In this document: piece by piece, positions 29,829-40,838 of the stretch
Layout of the letters: the number at the start of each line of letters is the position of its first letter
Position numbering within the stretch: position 1 is the first letter of the stretch
Assembly: GCA_963787805.1 (NCBI GenBank)
Contig: CAWBEJ010000025.1
Coordinates: 30,475-94,474 of the forward strand
DNA length: 64,000 nucleotides
Direction of reading: 5' to 3'
Origin: an uncultured Actinomycetota bacterium
GTDB taxonomy: Bacteria; Actinomycetota; Actinomycetes; Actinomycetales; Dermatophilaceae
Position numbers and translations under genes: made by a program
Notes under the pieces: model-generated
The model's input: only the letters and a program-made list of their open reading frames with translations
Database searches by the model: none
Told to the model about the DNA's origin: nothing

Positions 29829-31346
29829 ATGACCGCAGCGAAGACCTACGACGTGCGCACCCACGGGTGCCAGATGAACGTCCACGACTCCGAGCGACTC
29901 GCCGGCCTGCTCGAGACCGCCGGTTACGTCGACGTCGCGAGCGTGCCCGCGGACCGCCGGCCAGACGTCGCGGACGTCGTCGTCTTCAACACGTGCGCCG
30001 TGCGGGAGAACGCCGACAACAAGCTGTACGGCAACCTGGGCCAGCTGCGCCCCGCCAAGACCGCCAACCCCGACCTCCAGATCGCCGTGGGCGGCTGCAT
30101 GGCCCAGAAGGACCGCGCGACGATCGTGGAGCGTGCCCCGTGGGTCGATGTCGTCTTCGGCACCAACAACATCGCCAGCCTGCCGGCGCTGCTCGACCGG
30201 GCCCGCCACAACAAGCGCGCTGAGGTCGAGATCCTCGAGTCGCTCGAGCGGTTCCCGTCCACGCTGCCCACCCGAAGGGACTCGGCCTTCGCCGGGTGGG
30301 TGTCGATCTCCGTGGGGTGCAACAACACGTGCACGTTCTGCATCGTGCCCAGCCTGCGCGGCAAGGAGCAGGACCGACGCCCCGGCGACGTCCTGGCGGA
30401 GGTCGAGGCTCTCGTCGCCCAAGGCGTCGTCGAGGTGACGCTGTTGGGCCAGAACGTCAACACCTACGGTGTCGAGTTCGGCGACCGACTGGCCTTCGGC
30501 AAGCTCCTGCGTGCGTGTGGTGAGATCGAGGGGCTCGAACGCGTTCGGTTCACGAGCCCGCACCCGGCAGCGTTCACCGACGACGTCATCGCCGCGATGG
30601 CCGAGACGCCCAACGTCATGCCGAGCCTCCACATGCCTCTGCAGTCCGGGTCCGACCGGGTCCTCAAGGCGATGCGGCGCAGCTACCGGAGCGAGAGGTA
30701 CCTCCGGATCATCGACGCAGTGCGTTCCGCGATGCCTGACGCCGCCATCACGACCGACATCATCGTCGGGTTCCCCGGCGAGACCGAGGAGGACTTCGCG
30801 GACACCCTTCGGGTCGTCGAGGCGTCGCGCTTCTCCAGCGCCTTCACCTTCCAGTACTCGATCCGGGCCGGCACTCCCGCGGCCACGATGCCCGACCAGC
30901 TGCCGAAGCACGTCGTGCAGGAGCGCTTCGACCGTCTCATCGCCGTCCAGGAGCGGGTGTCGTGGGCGGAGAACCGGGCCGTGGAGGGCCGGGACGTCGA
31001 GGTGCTCGTGGCGCCCGGCGAGGGACGCAAGGACGGCGCGACCTCGCGCATGAGCGGTCGCGCCCGCGACAACCGGCTCGTCCACTTCGCCGTGCCGGAG
31101 GGCGCCGGGCGCCCGAGGCCAGGAGACCTGGTGACCGTCGGCGTCACGTACGGCGCCCCGCACCACCTCGTGGCCGACTCCGCACTGGTGGGTGGTCCGT
31201 ATGCCGTGCGTCGCACCGCAGGTGGCGACGCCTGGGCCGCCTTGCAGGACTCCCCCGTGCCCGGCAAGCCTGCGGTGTCACTCGGGATGCCGTCGGTCGG
31301 TCAGCCCAGACCGGCAGCGGTACCCGTGTCGGTGTGCTCGGCCTGA
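29829..31346 (+). CDS. miaB: tRNA-2-methylthio-N6-dimethylallyladenosine synthase
   Basis: [37 protein letters not shown]. Confidence 0.98.
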   Translation: MTAAKTYDVRTHGCQMNVHDSERLAGLLETAGYVDVASVPADRRPDVADVVVFNTCAVRENADNKLYGNLGQLRPAKTANPDLQIAVGGCMAQKDRATIVERAPWVDVVFGTNNIASLPALLDRARHNKRAEVEILESLERFPSTLPTRRDSAFAGWVSISVGCNNTCTFCIVPSLRGKEQDRRPGDVLAEVEALVAQGVVEVTLLGQNVNTYGVEFGDRLAFGKLLRACGEIEGLERVRFTSPHPAAFTDDVIAAMAETPNVMPSLHMPLQSGSDRVLKAMRRSYRSERYLRIIDAVRSAMPDAAITTDIIVGFPGETEEDFADTLRVVEASRFSSAFTFQYSIRAGTPAATMPDQLPKHVVQERFDRLIAVQERVSWAENRAVEGRDVEVLVAPGEGRKDGATSRMSGRARDNRLVHFAVPEGAGRPRPGDLVTVGVTYGAPHHLVADSALVGGPYAVRRTAGGDAWAALQDSPVPGKPAVSLGMPSVGQPRPAAVPVSVCSA

Positions 31347-31348
31347 GG

Positions 31349-31546
31349 TCAGCGCACCAGGAGTGCCGCCCCCGCGATGAGCGCGGTGACGAACGGGATC
31401 CCGAGGACGACGAGGCGCTGCGTGAAGCGCGCTCGGGACCCAGCGCGGCTGGCGTCCGGTCGTGGTGAGCTCGCGGCGGCATACAGCGTCGTGGGGTCGA
31501 ACGGCTCCAAGTTGAGCGGTGGTAACCCTGAGGTGTTGTGTGGCAA
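31349..31546 (-). CDS. Small membrane protein (65 aa, C-terminal TM helix)
   Basis: GAAGGG RBS then TTG; MPHNTSGLPPLNLEPFDP...RLVVLGIPFVTALIAGAALLVR; own -10 TACGCT. Confidence 0.5.
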   Translation of the reverse strand: MPHNTSGLPPLNLEPFDPTTLYAAASSPRPDASRAGSRARFTQRLVVLGIPFVTALIAGAALLVR

Positions 31547-31664
31547 CTGATGACCCTTCGAGGGGGCGGTGGGAAGTGCCCCAAGCGTAGGTATCGGCCA
31601 CCGATGTCCGCGGGAGAACCGGCTCATCAGCGTGAACAGTGGCCGAACGGCTGAGTTTCGCCGG

Positions 31665-33332
31665 TCATCCGGCGGCCCGAACCGCCGGGTCGAGCCAGGC
31701 ATGGACGAGCGGCACCACGGACGCGCCCTCGCCACTTGCCGCGGCGACCCGCTTCATCGACCCGGCCCTGATGTCCCCCGCCGCGAAGACGCCTGGCACG
31801 GTGCTCTCCAGGCTCGCGGGAGGGAGATCGCCAGACCACCGCTCAGGCGGCACGTCGCGGCCGGTCAGGACGAAGCCGCGGCCATCTCGCGCGACGGCCG
31901 GTGGCAGCCAGTCACAGTGCGGCTCGGCGCCCAGGAGCAGGAAGAGTCCGCGGCACTCCCGCTCGTCCGTGCCTCCGGATGTCGTGTCTCGCACACGAAT
32001 CCACTCGAGGCGACCGTCACCGCCGGCATCGACCACCTCCGCGCACGGCAGCACCGTGATCCGAGGGTTGTAGGCGATCTCCTCCACGAGGTACGACGAC
32101 ATGGTGGACTCGAGCCCGTCGCGGCGGACGAGGATCGTCACGGACCGGGCGAAGCGGGCCAGGTGGATGGCGGACTGTCCGGCGGAGTTGCCGCCGCCGA
32201 CGACGACGACATCGGCGTCCTCCAGCTCCCGGGCGGCGGTCATCGCGCTGCCGTAGAAGACGCCCAGTCCCACCAGCGCCTCGACCCCGGGCACCCGGAG
32301 GCGGCGGTAGGTGACGCCCGTCGCGATGACCACGGCACGGGCGCGGATGTCGCCGCCGTCGGTGCGCAAGAGGTGCGGCTCGCCGGCGACGCCCGGCTCC
32401 AGGCCGGTCACGGACCAGCCCGTGAAGAAGCGGGTCCCGAAGCGGATCGCCTGGTTCCGCGCCCGCTGGGCCAGCCGCATCCCGGACACTCCACGGGGAA
32501 AGCCGAGGTAGTTGCGAATCATCGACGAGGTGCCCGCCTGACCGCCGACGGCCTCGGCCTCGAGGACGACGGCCGAGAGACCTTCCGAGGAGGCGTACAC
32601 CGCCGCGGCCAGCCCGGCGGGCCCCGCACCGACGACGGCGACGTCGACGACCGTGTCGACGTCGATGTCGGTCGGGCTCCCGTAGACCCGCACAGCGACG
32701 TCTCGGACGGACCGCGGTGAGAAGACCACGGAGTCCATCGCGCGGACGAGGGGGTATGCCGGGTCGTCACCGGCCGCCGCCAGCACCTCCTGGCCCTCCT
32801 CGGTCTCCGGGGTGTAGGTCCGGTTCGGCAGGCCCATCCGGTCGAGAAAGTCCCGGATCGCGAGCGTGATCGCGTCCGGCGCGGGCGTGACGATGCGCAC
32901 CGACTCCACCTCCGGGGCAGCGACCGTCGAGCCCCAGTCGGAGAGCAGCTCGCAGATCGCCGTGTGGAACTCCTCGTCGCGCACGCCGCGCGGCATGAGC
33001 AGGTAGGCGTCGTACTTGCCCTTCGCCAGTCCGGCGCGCAGCTCGGGGGCGTCGGTGAGGAACCGCGAGTAGTGGGCGGCGACGAGCCGCCGGGCCGTCG
33101 GCACGACCGCACGCCAGCGGGCGAAGGCCTCGAGCACGTGTCCGTCGGGAAGCTGTGACTCGGCGACGAAGAGGGCCACCTGCCGACCTTCGGCGACGAC
33201 CTGCCGGGCAGCAGCCTCCCCCTCGGCCACCGAGGAGGTCCGGAGCACGTCGTAGTCGCGGACGTAGCGGCCGAACTCGTCGGCGAGCACCGCACCGTGG
33301 TCGGGGGCGACGAGGACGATCGCAGGGTTCAC
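31665..33332 (-). CDS. Thioredoxin-reductase-like FAD oxidoreductase with N-terminal degenerate receiver-like domain
   Basis: GAGPAGL, GGQAGTSS.IRNYLGFP, GGGNSAGQ, GVFAAGD; -10 TAGGAT 7 nt before GTG. Confidence 0.85.
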   Translation of the reverse strand: MNPAIVLVAPDHGAVLADEFGRYVRDYDVLRTSSVAEGEAAARQVVAEGRQVALFVAESQLPDGHVLEAFARWRAVVPTARRLVAAHYSRFLTDAPELRAGLAKGKYDAYLLMPRGVRDEEFHTAICELLSDWGSTVAAPEVESVRIVTPAPDAITLAIRDFLDRMGLPNRTYTPETEEGQEVLAAAGDDPAYPLVRAMDSVVFSPRSVRDVAVRVYGSPTDIDVDTVVDVAVVGAGPAGLAAAVYASSEGLSAVVLEAEAVGGQAGTSSMIRNYLGFPRGVSGMRLAQRARNQAIRFGTRFFTGWSVTGLEPGVAGEPHLLRTDGGDIRARAVVIATGVTYRRLRVPGVEALVGLGVFYGSAMTAARELEDADVVVVGGGNSAGQSAIHLARFARSVTILVRRDGLESTMSSYLVEEIAYNPRITVLPCAEVVDAGGDGRLEWIRVRDTTSGGTDERECRGLFLLLGAEPHCDWLPPAVARDGRGFVLTGRDVPPERWSGDLPPASLESTVPGVFAAGDIRAGSMKRVAAASGEGASVVPLVHAWLDPAVRAAG

Positions 33333-33407
33333 GAGCACGATCCTAGGAGCCGGCGCAACCGCCAGCCGGCGACGAGGCGGCCCCGCGGCTCTGGAAGAAT
33401 CCGCGAC

Positions 33408-34013
33408 ATGGCCATCCGCCCCGTCGTCATCACCGGCGAACCCGTCCTCCACGAGCGGGCCCGGGCCGTCGAGGTCATCGACGACGAGGTCCGGGCGCTC
33501 GTCGGGGACATGTTCGAGACGATGGACGCAGCACGGGGGGTGGGCCTGGCCGCGCCCCAGGTCGGTGTGGGCCTGCGGATCTTCACCTGGCAGCTCGCGA
33601 ACGAGAACGGCATCCCCCCGCGCGGAGTCGTCCTCAACCCGTACGTCACCTCCTCCAAGCCCGTCGTGGGCGACCCCGATCCGCACGACGAGGTCGAGGG
33701 CTGCCTCTCGGTGCCCGGCGAGTCCTTTCCGCTCCGTCGGGGTGAACGCTCGACCCTCACCGGGGTCGACCTCGAGGGCACGGACGTCCGGTACGAGGCG
33801 ACCGGGTGGTTCGCGCGGATGCTCCAGCACGAGTACGACCACCTCAACGGGTTCCTCTACGTCGACCGGCTCACCGGCAAGTGGGCGCGCAGGGCACGGA
33901 AGACGGTCAAGGCCAACGGGTGGGGCGTTCCGGGTCAGAGCTGGATGCCGGGCGTCGACCGAGATCCCTTCGGGAGCGACGACGACACGCCCGAGGAGGA
34001 GCGTGCCGACTGA
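33408..34013 (+). CDS. def: Peptide deformylase
   Basis: GVGLAAPQVG, EGCLSVP, QHEYDHL. Confidence 0.96.
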   Translation: MAIRPVVITGEPVLHERARAVEVIDDEVRALVGDMFETMDAARGVGLAAPQVGVGLRIFTWQLANENGIPPRGVVLNPYVTSSKPVVGDPDPHDEVEGCLSVPGESFPLRRGERSTLTGVDLEGTDVRYEATGWFARMLQHEYDHLNGFLYVDRLTGKWARRARKTVKANGWGVPGQSWMPGVDRDPFGSDDDTPEEERAD

Positions 34014-34944
34014 CGACGGCCCGCTCGTCGTCGCCGTCGTCGGACCGACCGCCACCGGGAAGTCGGACCTCGGTCTCCGCCTCGCGGAAGAGCTCGGCGG
34101 GGAGATCGTGGGGGCGGACGCCAGCCAGCTCTACAGGGGCATGGACATCGGCACCGCCAAGCTCGCCGTTCCCGATCGGCGGGGCATCCCGCACCACCAG
34201 GTCGACGTCCTGGAGGTGACCGAGGAGGCGAGCGTCGGCGGCGTACCAGCGACACGCCCGCGCGGATCTCGAGGCTGTGCGGGCGCGGGGGAGGACACCC
34301 GTCGTGGTCGGCGGGTCCGGGCTCTACGTCCGGGCGCTGCTCGACCACCTCGACATCCCCCCACGGACGCCCAGGTCCGGCGCCGTCTCGAGGACCGAGC
34401 AGCCGACGTGGGAACCGCTGCCATGCACGCCGCCCTCTCCCGGGCCGACCCCACCGCCGCCGCGGCCATCGGAGCGACGAACCGACGCCGCATCGTCCGC
34501 GCGCTCGAGGTCATCGAGCTGACCGGGCGACCCTTCTCGGCAACCATGCCCCGCCGGGAGTTCGCGCGCCCGACCGTCGTCCTCGGCCTCCTGACGTCAC
34601 GCGACGTGCTGGACCGGCGCGTCGAGGACCGGGTGCGGAGGATGTGGGCCGAGGGGCTGCTCGACGAGGTCCGGGGCCTGGAGGCACGCGGCATCCGGCG
34701 AGGACGCACGGCGAGCACGGCCATCGGCTACGCGCAGGCGCTCGCCCGGCTCGACGGTCTCCTCGACGACGACGAGGCGCAGGAGCAGACCATCGTCGCG
34801 ACCCGCCGCCTTGCCCGCCGCCAGGTGTCCTGGTTCCGGCCGGACCGACGCATCCGGTGGGTCGACCCCACCGACCCCGGCGCCCTGGCGGCCGCCGTGG
34901 CAGAGGTGCGTGCCGCGGTGCGGGAGAATGGCGCGCATGGCTGA
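34003..34944 (+). CDS. miaA: tRNA dimethylallyltransferase, with two compensating indels (~34238, ~34360)
   Basis: [23 protein letters not shown]; [14 protein letters not shown] lies in another frame; [17 protein letters not shown]. Confidence 0.93.
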   Translation: MPTDDGPLVVAVVGPTATGKSDLGLRLAEELGGEIVGADASQLYRGMDIGTAKLAVPDRRGIPHHQVDVLEVTEEASVGGVPATRPRGSRGCAGAGEDTRRGRRVRALRPGAARPPRHPPTDAQVRRRLEDRAADVGTAAMHAALSRADPTAAAAIGATNRRRIVRALEVIELTGRPFSATMPRREFARPTVVLGLLTSRDVLDRRVEDRVRRMWAEGLLDEVRGLEARGIRRGRTASTAIGYAQALARLDGLLDDDEAQEQTIVATRRLARRQVSWFRPDRRIRWVDPTDPGALAAAVAEVRAAVRENGAHG

Positions 34945-35827
34945 GCGGCTCTCCTTCACCAAGGGGCACGGCACCGAGAACGACTTCGTGCTCGTGCCGG
35001 ACCTCGACGGCACGCTCGGCCTGTCCGCCGCGCGCGCCGTGGCGCTCGCCGACCGCCGGACGGGCGTCGGTGGTGACGGCGTGATCCGGGTGGTCCCGAC
35101 CGGGCTGGCGGAGGACGACGAGGTCCGCGCCCAGGCGGGCGGGGCGAGCTGGTTCATGGACTACCGGAACGCCGACGGCAGCGTCTCGGAGATGTGTGGC
35201 AACGGCACCCGGGTCGTCGCTGCCTTCCTCCGGCGCGAGGGCCTCGAGACGGCGGACGAGTTCGCCATCGCCACGCGTGCCGGCGTCAAGCGCGTTCGGC
35301 GCGACGGCGAAGGCTTCGCCGTCGACCTGGGCCCGTGGCGCCTGGGCGACCCGGAGAGCGCCGAGCGGGACGGCTTCGACGCGCTGGTCCATCTCGACGG
35401 TGGTGACCCCTACTCAGCGCTCACCGTGGACCTCGGCAACCCGCACACCGTCGTGGCCCTGCCCGAGCAGGTCGAGCTCGACGCGATCGACCTCAGTGCC
35501 GCACCGGCCGTGCGGCCGGACCCCCCGCACGGCACGAACGTGGAGCTCGTGCGGCCGATGGGCCCAGGTCACGTCGCCCTGCGGGTGCACGAGCGCGGCG
35601 TGGGGGAGACCCGCTCATGCGGCTCGGGCGCGTGCGCCGCAGCCATCGCGACGAGCTTCTGGGCAGGATCTCTCGACACGGGGGCGACCTGGCTCGTCGA
35701 CGTGCCGGGCGGTCGGCTCACCGTCCGGCTCCTGCCGGAGCACGGTGTCGAGCTGGCCGGCCCCGCGGTGCTCGTCGCCGACGGCGTCCTCGACCTCGCG
35801 GCACTTCGGGAGCCGGCGCGGACCTGA
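34937..35827 (+). CDS. dapF: Diaminopimelate epimerase
   Basis: KGHGTENDF, EMCGNG, GNPH, ERGVGETRSCGSG. Confidence 0.96.
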   Translation: MAERLSFTKGHGTENDFVLVPDLDGTLGLSAARAVALADRRTGVGGDGVIRVVPTGLAEDDEVRAQAGGASWFMDYRNADGSVSEMCGNGTRVVAAFLRREGLETADEFAIATRAGVKRVRRDGEGFAVDLGPWRLGDPESAERDGFDALVHLDGGDPYSALTVDLGNPHTVVALPEQVELDAIDLSAAPAVRPDPPHGTNVELVRPMGPGHVALRVHERGVGETRSCGSGACAAAIATSFWAGSLDTGATWLVDVPGGRLTVRLLPEHGVELAGPAVLVADGVLDLAALREPART

Positions 35828-35840
35828 TGTCCCGAGCGGG

Positions 35841-36446
35841 TCAGGCCGCTCTCACCTCGAGGACGCGGAAGCCCTTGCTCGACGCGAGGCGGGTGCACGG
35901 CATGCCGAGGTCCCCGGCGATCCAGCCCTGGAGGCTGTCCGAGCCGAGGTTGCGCTGGACGACGAGGTGGGCCGCGCCACCCGGCGCCAGGCGAGGCAGC
36001 CAGGTACGCAGCAGGTCGTGGAGGGCGGCCTTGCCGACCCTGATCGGCGGGTTGGACCAGATGAGGTCGAAACGCACCGCGACCGGGATGCCGTCCGGCG
36101 GACTCGCACGGACTCCGTTCAGCCCCAGCGTGGCGGCGTTGCGGCGGACGAGGTCGAGGGCGCGCTCGTTGACGTCGATCGCGTGCACCGTGGCGCGCGG
36201 TGAGAGCAGGGCGAGGCTGATCGCCACGGGACCCCACCCGCACCCGAGGTCGAGAAAGGTGCCCTCGGAGGGGGGAGCGGGCGCCTCGGCGAGCAGGACG
36301 GCGGTGCCCTTGTCGAGGCCACCGGGCGAGAAGACCCCCGGTGCCACCTCGACCTCGACATCCCGTCCGACGAGGCGGACCTGCAGCCGTCTGCGCTCGT
36401 CGGCGCTGACCGGTGCGGCGCTGAAGTAGTGGTCGTGCTCGCCCAT
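35841..36446 (-). CDS. Class I SAM methyltransferase (RsmC/MTS family)
   Basis: HYFS, GVFSP..LDKGT, LDLGCGWG, SNPPIRVGK. Confidence 0.9.
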   Translation of the reverse strand: MGEHDHYFSAAPVSADERRRLQVRLVGRDVEVEVAPGVFSPGGLDKGTAVLLAEAPAPPSEGTFLDLGCGWGPVAISLALLSPRATVHAIDVNERALDLVRRNAATLGLNGVRASPPDGIPVAVRFDLIWSNPPIRVGKAALHDLLRTWLPRLAPGGAAHLVVQRNLGSDSLQGWIAGDLGMPCTRLASSKGFRVLEVRAA

Positions 36447-36521
36447 CGAGACCCACGCTAGCGCCGAGCCGGAAGAAACGGCTGGCCCGCCAGCGTTGGC
36501 CGGTGAGAACCTAGGGGGACC

Positions 36522-38000
36522 ATGACTGCACGAGATTTCCTGTCCGGGCGGGCCGAGGCGCTCGCCGAAGAGGCCTTCGACGACTCCGGCTTCGTCGTCC
36601 CGCCCGCAGAGGCGGATCCTGATGCCGAGCCGACCTTCGACGGTGAGCAGCTCGACCGGGAGGAACGAGCGGCGCTCCGTCGCGTCTCGGGGCTCTCCAC
36701 CGAGCTCCAGGACGTCACCGAGGTCGAGTACCGCCAGCTGCGCCTGGAGCGCGTCGTCCTGGCGGCTGTCTGGTCCGAGGGCACGGCCCGGGACGCCGAG
36801 AACTCGCTGCGCGAGCTCGCCGCCCTCGCCGAGACCGCGGGCTCGGAGGTGCTCGCCGGCGTCGTCCAGCGGCGGGCCAACCCCGACCCGGCGACCTACC
36901 TCGGGAAGGGCAAGGCGGTCGAGCTGCGCGACATCGTCATCGCCGAGGGGGCCGACACCGTCGTCTGCGACACCGAGCTGGCGCCCAGCCAGCGACGGGC
37001 GCTCGAGGACGTCGTCCAGGTCAAGGTCATCGACCGCACCGCCCTCATCCTCGACATCTTCGCCCAGCACGCGAAGTCCCGGGAGGGCAAGGCCCAGGTG
37101 GAGCTGGCCCAGCTCCAGTACCTCCTCCCGCGCCTGCGTGGTTGGGGGGAGTCGATGTCCCGCCAGGCCGGTGGTCAGGCCGCCGGCGGGCAGGGCATGG
37201 GGTCGCGCGGACCTGGTGAGACCAAGATCGAGCTGGACCGCCGCCGCATCAACAGCCGCATCGCCAAGCTGCGTGCCCTCATCAAGGAGATGAAGACGGT
37301 TCGCGACACCAAGCGGGGCAGCCGCCGTGCCAACGCGGTGCCGAGCGTCGCGATCGCCGGCTACACCAACGCGGGCAAGTCCTCCATCCTCAACCGGCTC
37401 ACGGGTGCCGGGGTGCTCGTCGAGAACCAGCTCTTCGCCACCCTGGACCCCACGGTCCGACGTGCCGAGACCGCTGACGGGCGGATGTACACGCTGACCG
37501 ACACCGTCGGGTTCGTTCGTTCGCTGCCGCACCAGCTCGTGGAGGCCTTCCGCTCGACGCTCGAGGAGGTGGCCGGAGCCGACCTGCTCCTGCACGTCGT
37601 CGACGGCTCGCACCCTGATCCGGAGGGCCAGATCTCCGCGGTTCGCGCCGTCCTGTCCGATGTGGGCGCCACCGACGTCAGGGAGGTCATCGTCATCAAC
37701 AAGGCGGACCTCGCCGATCCCGAGGTCGTCGACCGGCTGCGCCGCCACGAGAGGCACTCGGTCGTCGTCTCCGCGCGCACGGGCGCAGGGCTGGACGAGC
37801 TCGAGGCCCTCATCGCCGACGAGCTGCCCCAGCCGGACGTCGACGTCGAGGTGCTCCTCCCCTACGACCGGGGGGACCTCGTGAGCCGCATCCACGAGGG
37901 CGGAGAGGTCCTCGCGAGCGAGCACCGGGCCGACGGGACGCGGCTCACGGCCAGGGTGCGCGCGGACCTCGCCGGTGACCTCACGGCATACGCCGTCTGA
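36522..38000 (+). CDS. hflX: GTPase HflX
   Basis: DRTALILDIFA, GPGETKIE, GYTNAGKS, DTVGF, NKAD. Confidence 0.97.
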   Translation: MTARDFLSGRAEALAEEAFDDSGFVVPPAEADPDAEPTFDGEQLDREERAALRRVSGLSTELQDVTEVEYRQLRLERVVLAAVWSEGTARDAENSLRELAALAETAGSEVLAGVVQRRANPDPATYLGKGKAVELRDIVIAEGADTVVCDTELAPSQRRALEDVVQVKVIDRTALILDIFAQHAKSREGKAQVELAQLQYLLPRLRGWGESMSRQAGGQAAGGQGMGSRGPGETKIELDRRRINSRIAKLRALIKEMKTVRDTKRGSRRANAVPSVAIAGYTNAGKSSILNRLTGAGVLVENQLFATLDPTVRRAETADGRMYTLTDTVGFVRSLPHQLVEAFRSTLEEVAGADLLLHVVDGSHPDPEGQISAVRAVLSDVGATDVREVIVINKADLADPEVVDRLRRHERHSVVVSARTGAGLDELEALIADELPQPDVDVEVLLPYDRGDLVSRIHEGGEVLASEHRADGTRLTARVRADLAGDLTAYAV

Positions 38001-38058
38001 CCCTTTCGGCTGCACGGCAAGCCCTGTCGAGGCCCCGCCGCCCGGTACGGTCACGGTC

Positions 38059-39120
38059 GTGCCGGCGCCGCGAGAGATCACGACGAACCGCCTCACCCTC
38101 CGGCCTCCGACCGAGGGCGACAGGTCGCTGTGGCTGCGCCTGCACCGGGACCCGACCCTCTACGAACACGCGCCGTGGGCGATGCCGACGACCGATGCCG
38201 ATGCGACCAGGCTGTTCGAGGAGGCGCGGTCGCGCTGGAGCAGTGTCGGCTTCGACTACGGCGTCGTCGAGGAGACCGGCACCCGCAGCGGGATCGGGGT
38301 CGGAGGGCTGAGCCGCCGGGAGCTCGACGACGCCGCCGAGGAGCTCACGCTCTCCTACCGGCTGGCACCGAGGGTCCAGGGTCGCGGTCTCGCGACCGAG
38401 GCGGCGAGGGCCTGGACCGCGAACGCCATCGAATGGCTGCCGGCGTTGCCCCTCGTCCTGCGGTCTCGACCGGCCAACGAGCCGTCGGTGCGGGTGGCCC
38501 TTCGGGCCGGTCTCGAGCCTGTCGGCACCGTCTCGGAAGGTCCGGACGGAGGGCTCTCCACCGTGCTGCAGGCCCCGCGGGTGGAGTCGCCGGACGCGCT
38601 CGACGAGGCGACCCGCGAGTCGTTGCTCGACCTCTGGTGCGCGGTCAACGATGCCGGTGGCGCCGTCGGCTTCCTCCCCCGCACGCCGCGCCACGAGGTC
38701 GCCGGCGCGCTCGCGACGCATGAGGAGGAGATGGAGGACGGCTTGACGACGCCCGTCCTGCTGCGGGGTGCGCGGGAGCGCGTGGTGGCGGCCGGGTTCT
38801 GGGTCGCGGACCGCAACCCGCTGCTGGGTCACTCTCGAACTGCCTTCCGGATCATGACCGACCCTCGGATGCGGGGCCGCAACCTGGGCCGTCTGCTCCT
38901 CGCGGCGATGCACCGGGTCGCGCGGGAGCGGCACGTCGAGGTCAGCCTGGTCGACGTGCGCAGCGGGCTCGGCACAACCCGGTTCTACGAGCGCTGTGGC
39001 TACGTCGAGGTCGGCCGGCTGCCGGGCGTGATCCGGGTGGCACCCGGCGACGACCGGGACTGCGTCGTCATGGCCCGACGCCTCGACGACCGTCCCTTGG
39101 TCGCCGACGGTCGGGCCTGA
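38059..39120 (+). CDS. Tandem (two-domain) GNAT acetyltransferase
   Basis: RimL-like domain (QGRGLATEA, N.PS.RV) plus second GNAT (VNDAGGAVGF, RGRNLG, FYERCGY). Confidence 0.8.
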   Translation: MPAPREITTNRLTLRPPTEGDRSLWLRLHRDPTLYEHAPWAMPTTDADATRLFEEARSRWSSVGFDYGVVEETGTRSGIGVGGLSRRELDDAAEELTLSYRLAPRVQGRGLATEAARAWTANAIEWLPALPLVLRSRPANEPSVRVALRAGLEPVGTVSEGPDGGLSTVLQAPRVESPDALDEATRESLLDLWCAVNDAGGAVGFLPRTPRHEVAGALATHEEEMEDGLTTPVLLRGARERVVAAGFWVADRNPLLGHSRTAFRIMTDPRMRGRNLGRLLLAAMHRVARERHVEVSLVDVRSGLGTTRFYERCGYVEVGRLPGVIRVAPGDDRDCVVMARRLDDRPLVADGRA

Positions 39121-39131
39121 CCGCCCGACCC

Positions 39132-40838
39132 TCAGCTGAGTCCGGTGACCCTGCCGTCATCGTCGATGTCCATGAGGTGGGCGGCCGGTTCCCGGGGAAG
39201 GCCGGGCATCGTCATGACGTCGTCGGTGAGGAGCACGACGAACCCGGCGCCCGCGGCGAGCCGCACGTCGCGGACGGTGAGCGTGTGCCCCGAGGGAGCC
39301 CCGCGCTGCGACGGGTCGGTCGAGAAGGACGACTGGGTCTTCGCGACGCAGACGGGAAGGTGCCCGAACCCTTCCGACTCGACCTGCTCCAGCAGGCGTC
39401 GGGCCCGCGGCTCGAAGGCGACGCCGGCCGCCCCGTAGACCCGCGTCGCGAGCGCCTCGGCCTTCTTCTCGAGGGAGAGGTGGTCGTCGTAGACGAACCG
39501 GACGTCGCTGCGGCCCTCGCGCACGGCATGGACGACGCCACGGGCGAGGGCCTCGGCGCCCGCGCTGCCGTCTCGCACGTGGGTCGCCGGGAAGGCACGC
39601 ACGCCCGCCTCGTCGCACATCCGGACGACGAGATCGACCTCGCGGTCGGTGTCGCTCGGGAAGCGGTTGACGGCGACGACGGCGGTCAGTCCGTACACGT
39701 CCCGCACGATCGTGAGGTGACGACGCAGGTTGGCCATCCCCGCCTCCATGGCCGGCAGGTCCTCGCGGTGGGCGTCGGCGACCGCCACGCCGCCGTGGTA
39801 CTTCAAGGCCCGCACGGTGACGACGACGACGGCGACCGCGGGGCGCAGCCCGGTGGCGCGGCACTTGATGTCGATGAACTTCTCGGCACCGAGGTCCGCG
39901 CCGAACCCGGCCTCCGTCACCACCCATCCGCCGAGCTTGAGGGCCGCCCGTGTCGCGACCACCGAGTTGCAGCCGTGGGCGATGTTGGCGAACGGCCCGC
40001 CGTGGATGAACGCGGGGGTGTGCTCCAGGGTCTGCACGAGGTTGGGGGCGAGGGCGTCACGCAGCAGCACCGCCAGCGCTCCCTGCGCGTGCAGGTCCCG
40101 CGCCGTGACCGGGCGCTTGTCGCGGGTGTGCGCGACGACGATGTCACCCAGCCGGCGGCGGAGGTCCGCCAGCGAGGTGGCGAGGCACAGGACAGCCATG
40201 ACCTCGGAGGCGACGACGATGTCGAACCCGTCCTCGCGTGGGACGCCGTTCGCCACACCACCGAGGCCGACGACGATGTCGCGCAGGGCTCGGTCGTTGA
40301 GGTCCACGACTCGCTTCCAGGTCACCGTGCGAGGCTCGATGTCGAGTGCGTTGCCATGGTGGAGGTGGTTGTCGAGCAGGGCGGCGAGCAGGTTGTTGGC
40401 GGCGGCGACGGCGGCGAAGTCCCCCGTGAAGGCGAGGTTGATGTCGACCATCGGCACGACCTGGGAGAAGCCGCCGCCCGCAGCTCCGCCCTTCGTGCCG
40501 AAGACCGGCCCCATGGACGGCTCGCGCAGGGCGACGATGCTCTCCTCGCCGATCCGGCGCAGGGCGTCGGCCAGGCCGACCGACGTCGTCGTCTTCCCCT
40601 CACCCGCCGGGGTGGGTGACATGCCCGTGACGAGGACGAGGTGCCCGTCCGGCCGGTCCTCGAGCCCCGCGAGCCAGCGGAGCGACACCTTCGCCTTGGT
40701 GTGGCCGTAGGGGACGAGCGCCTCGGCCGGGATGCCGAGGGACTCTCGCGCGAGGTCGACGACGGGGGTGATGTCGGCGCTCTCGGCGATCTCGATGTCG
40801 GACGGGAAGGGGGTGGGTGCCTCGACGTCGATGCTCAC
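39132..40838 (-). CDS. fhs: Formate--tetrahydrofolate ligase
   Basis: [47 protein letters not shown]. Confidence 0.97.
   Translation of the reverse strand: MSIDVEAPTPFPSDIEIAESADITPVVDLARESLGIPAEALVPYGHTKAKVSLRWLAGLEDRPDGHLVLVTGMSPTPAGEGKTTTSVGLADALRRIGEESIVALREPSMGPVFGTKGGAAGGGFSQVVPMVDINLAFTGDFAAVAAANNLLAALLDNHLHHGNALDIEPRTVTWKRVVDLNDRALRDIVVGLGGVANGVPREDGFDIVVASEVMAVLCLATSLADLRRRLGDIVVAHTRDKRPVTARDLHAQGALAVLLRDALAPNLVQTLEHTPAFIHGGPFANIAHGCNSVVATRAALKLGGWVVTEAGFGADLGAEKFIDIKCRATGLRPAVAVVVVTVRALKYHGGVAVADAHREDLPAMEAGMANLRRHLTIVRDVYGLTAVVAVNRFPSDTDREVDLVVRMCDEAGVRAFPATHVRDGSAGAEALARGVVHAVREGRSDVRFVYDDHLSLEKKAEALATRVYGAAGVAFEPRARRLLEQVESEGFGHLPVCVAKTQSSFSTDPSQRGAPSGHTLTVRDVRLAAGAGFVVLLTDDVMTMPGLPREPAAHLMDIDDDGRVTGLS

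Noticed and set aside
37992-38000. GCCGTCTGA resembling the Neisseria DNA uptake sequence
   Set aside because: Single 9/10 match that is simply Ala-Val-stop of hflX.
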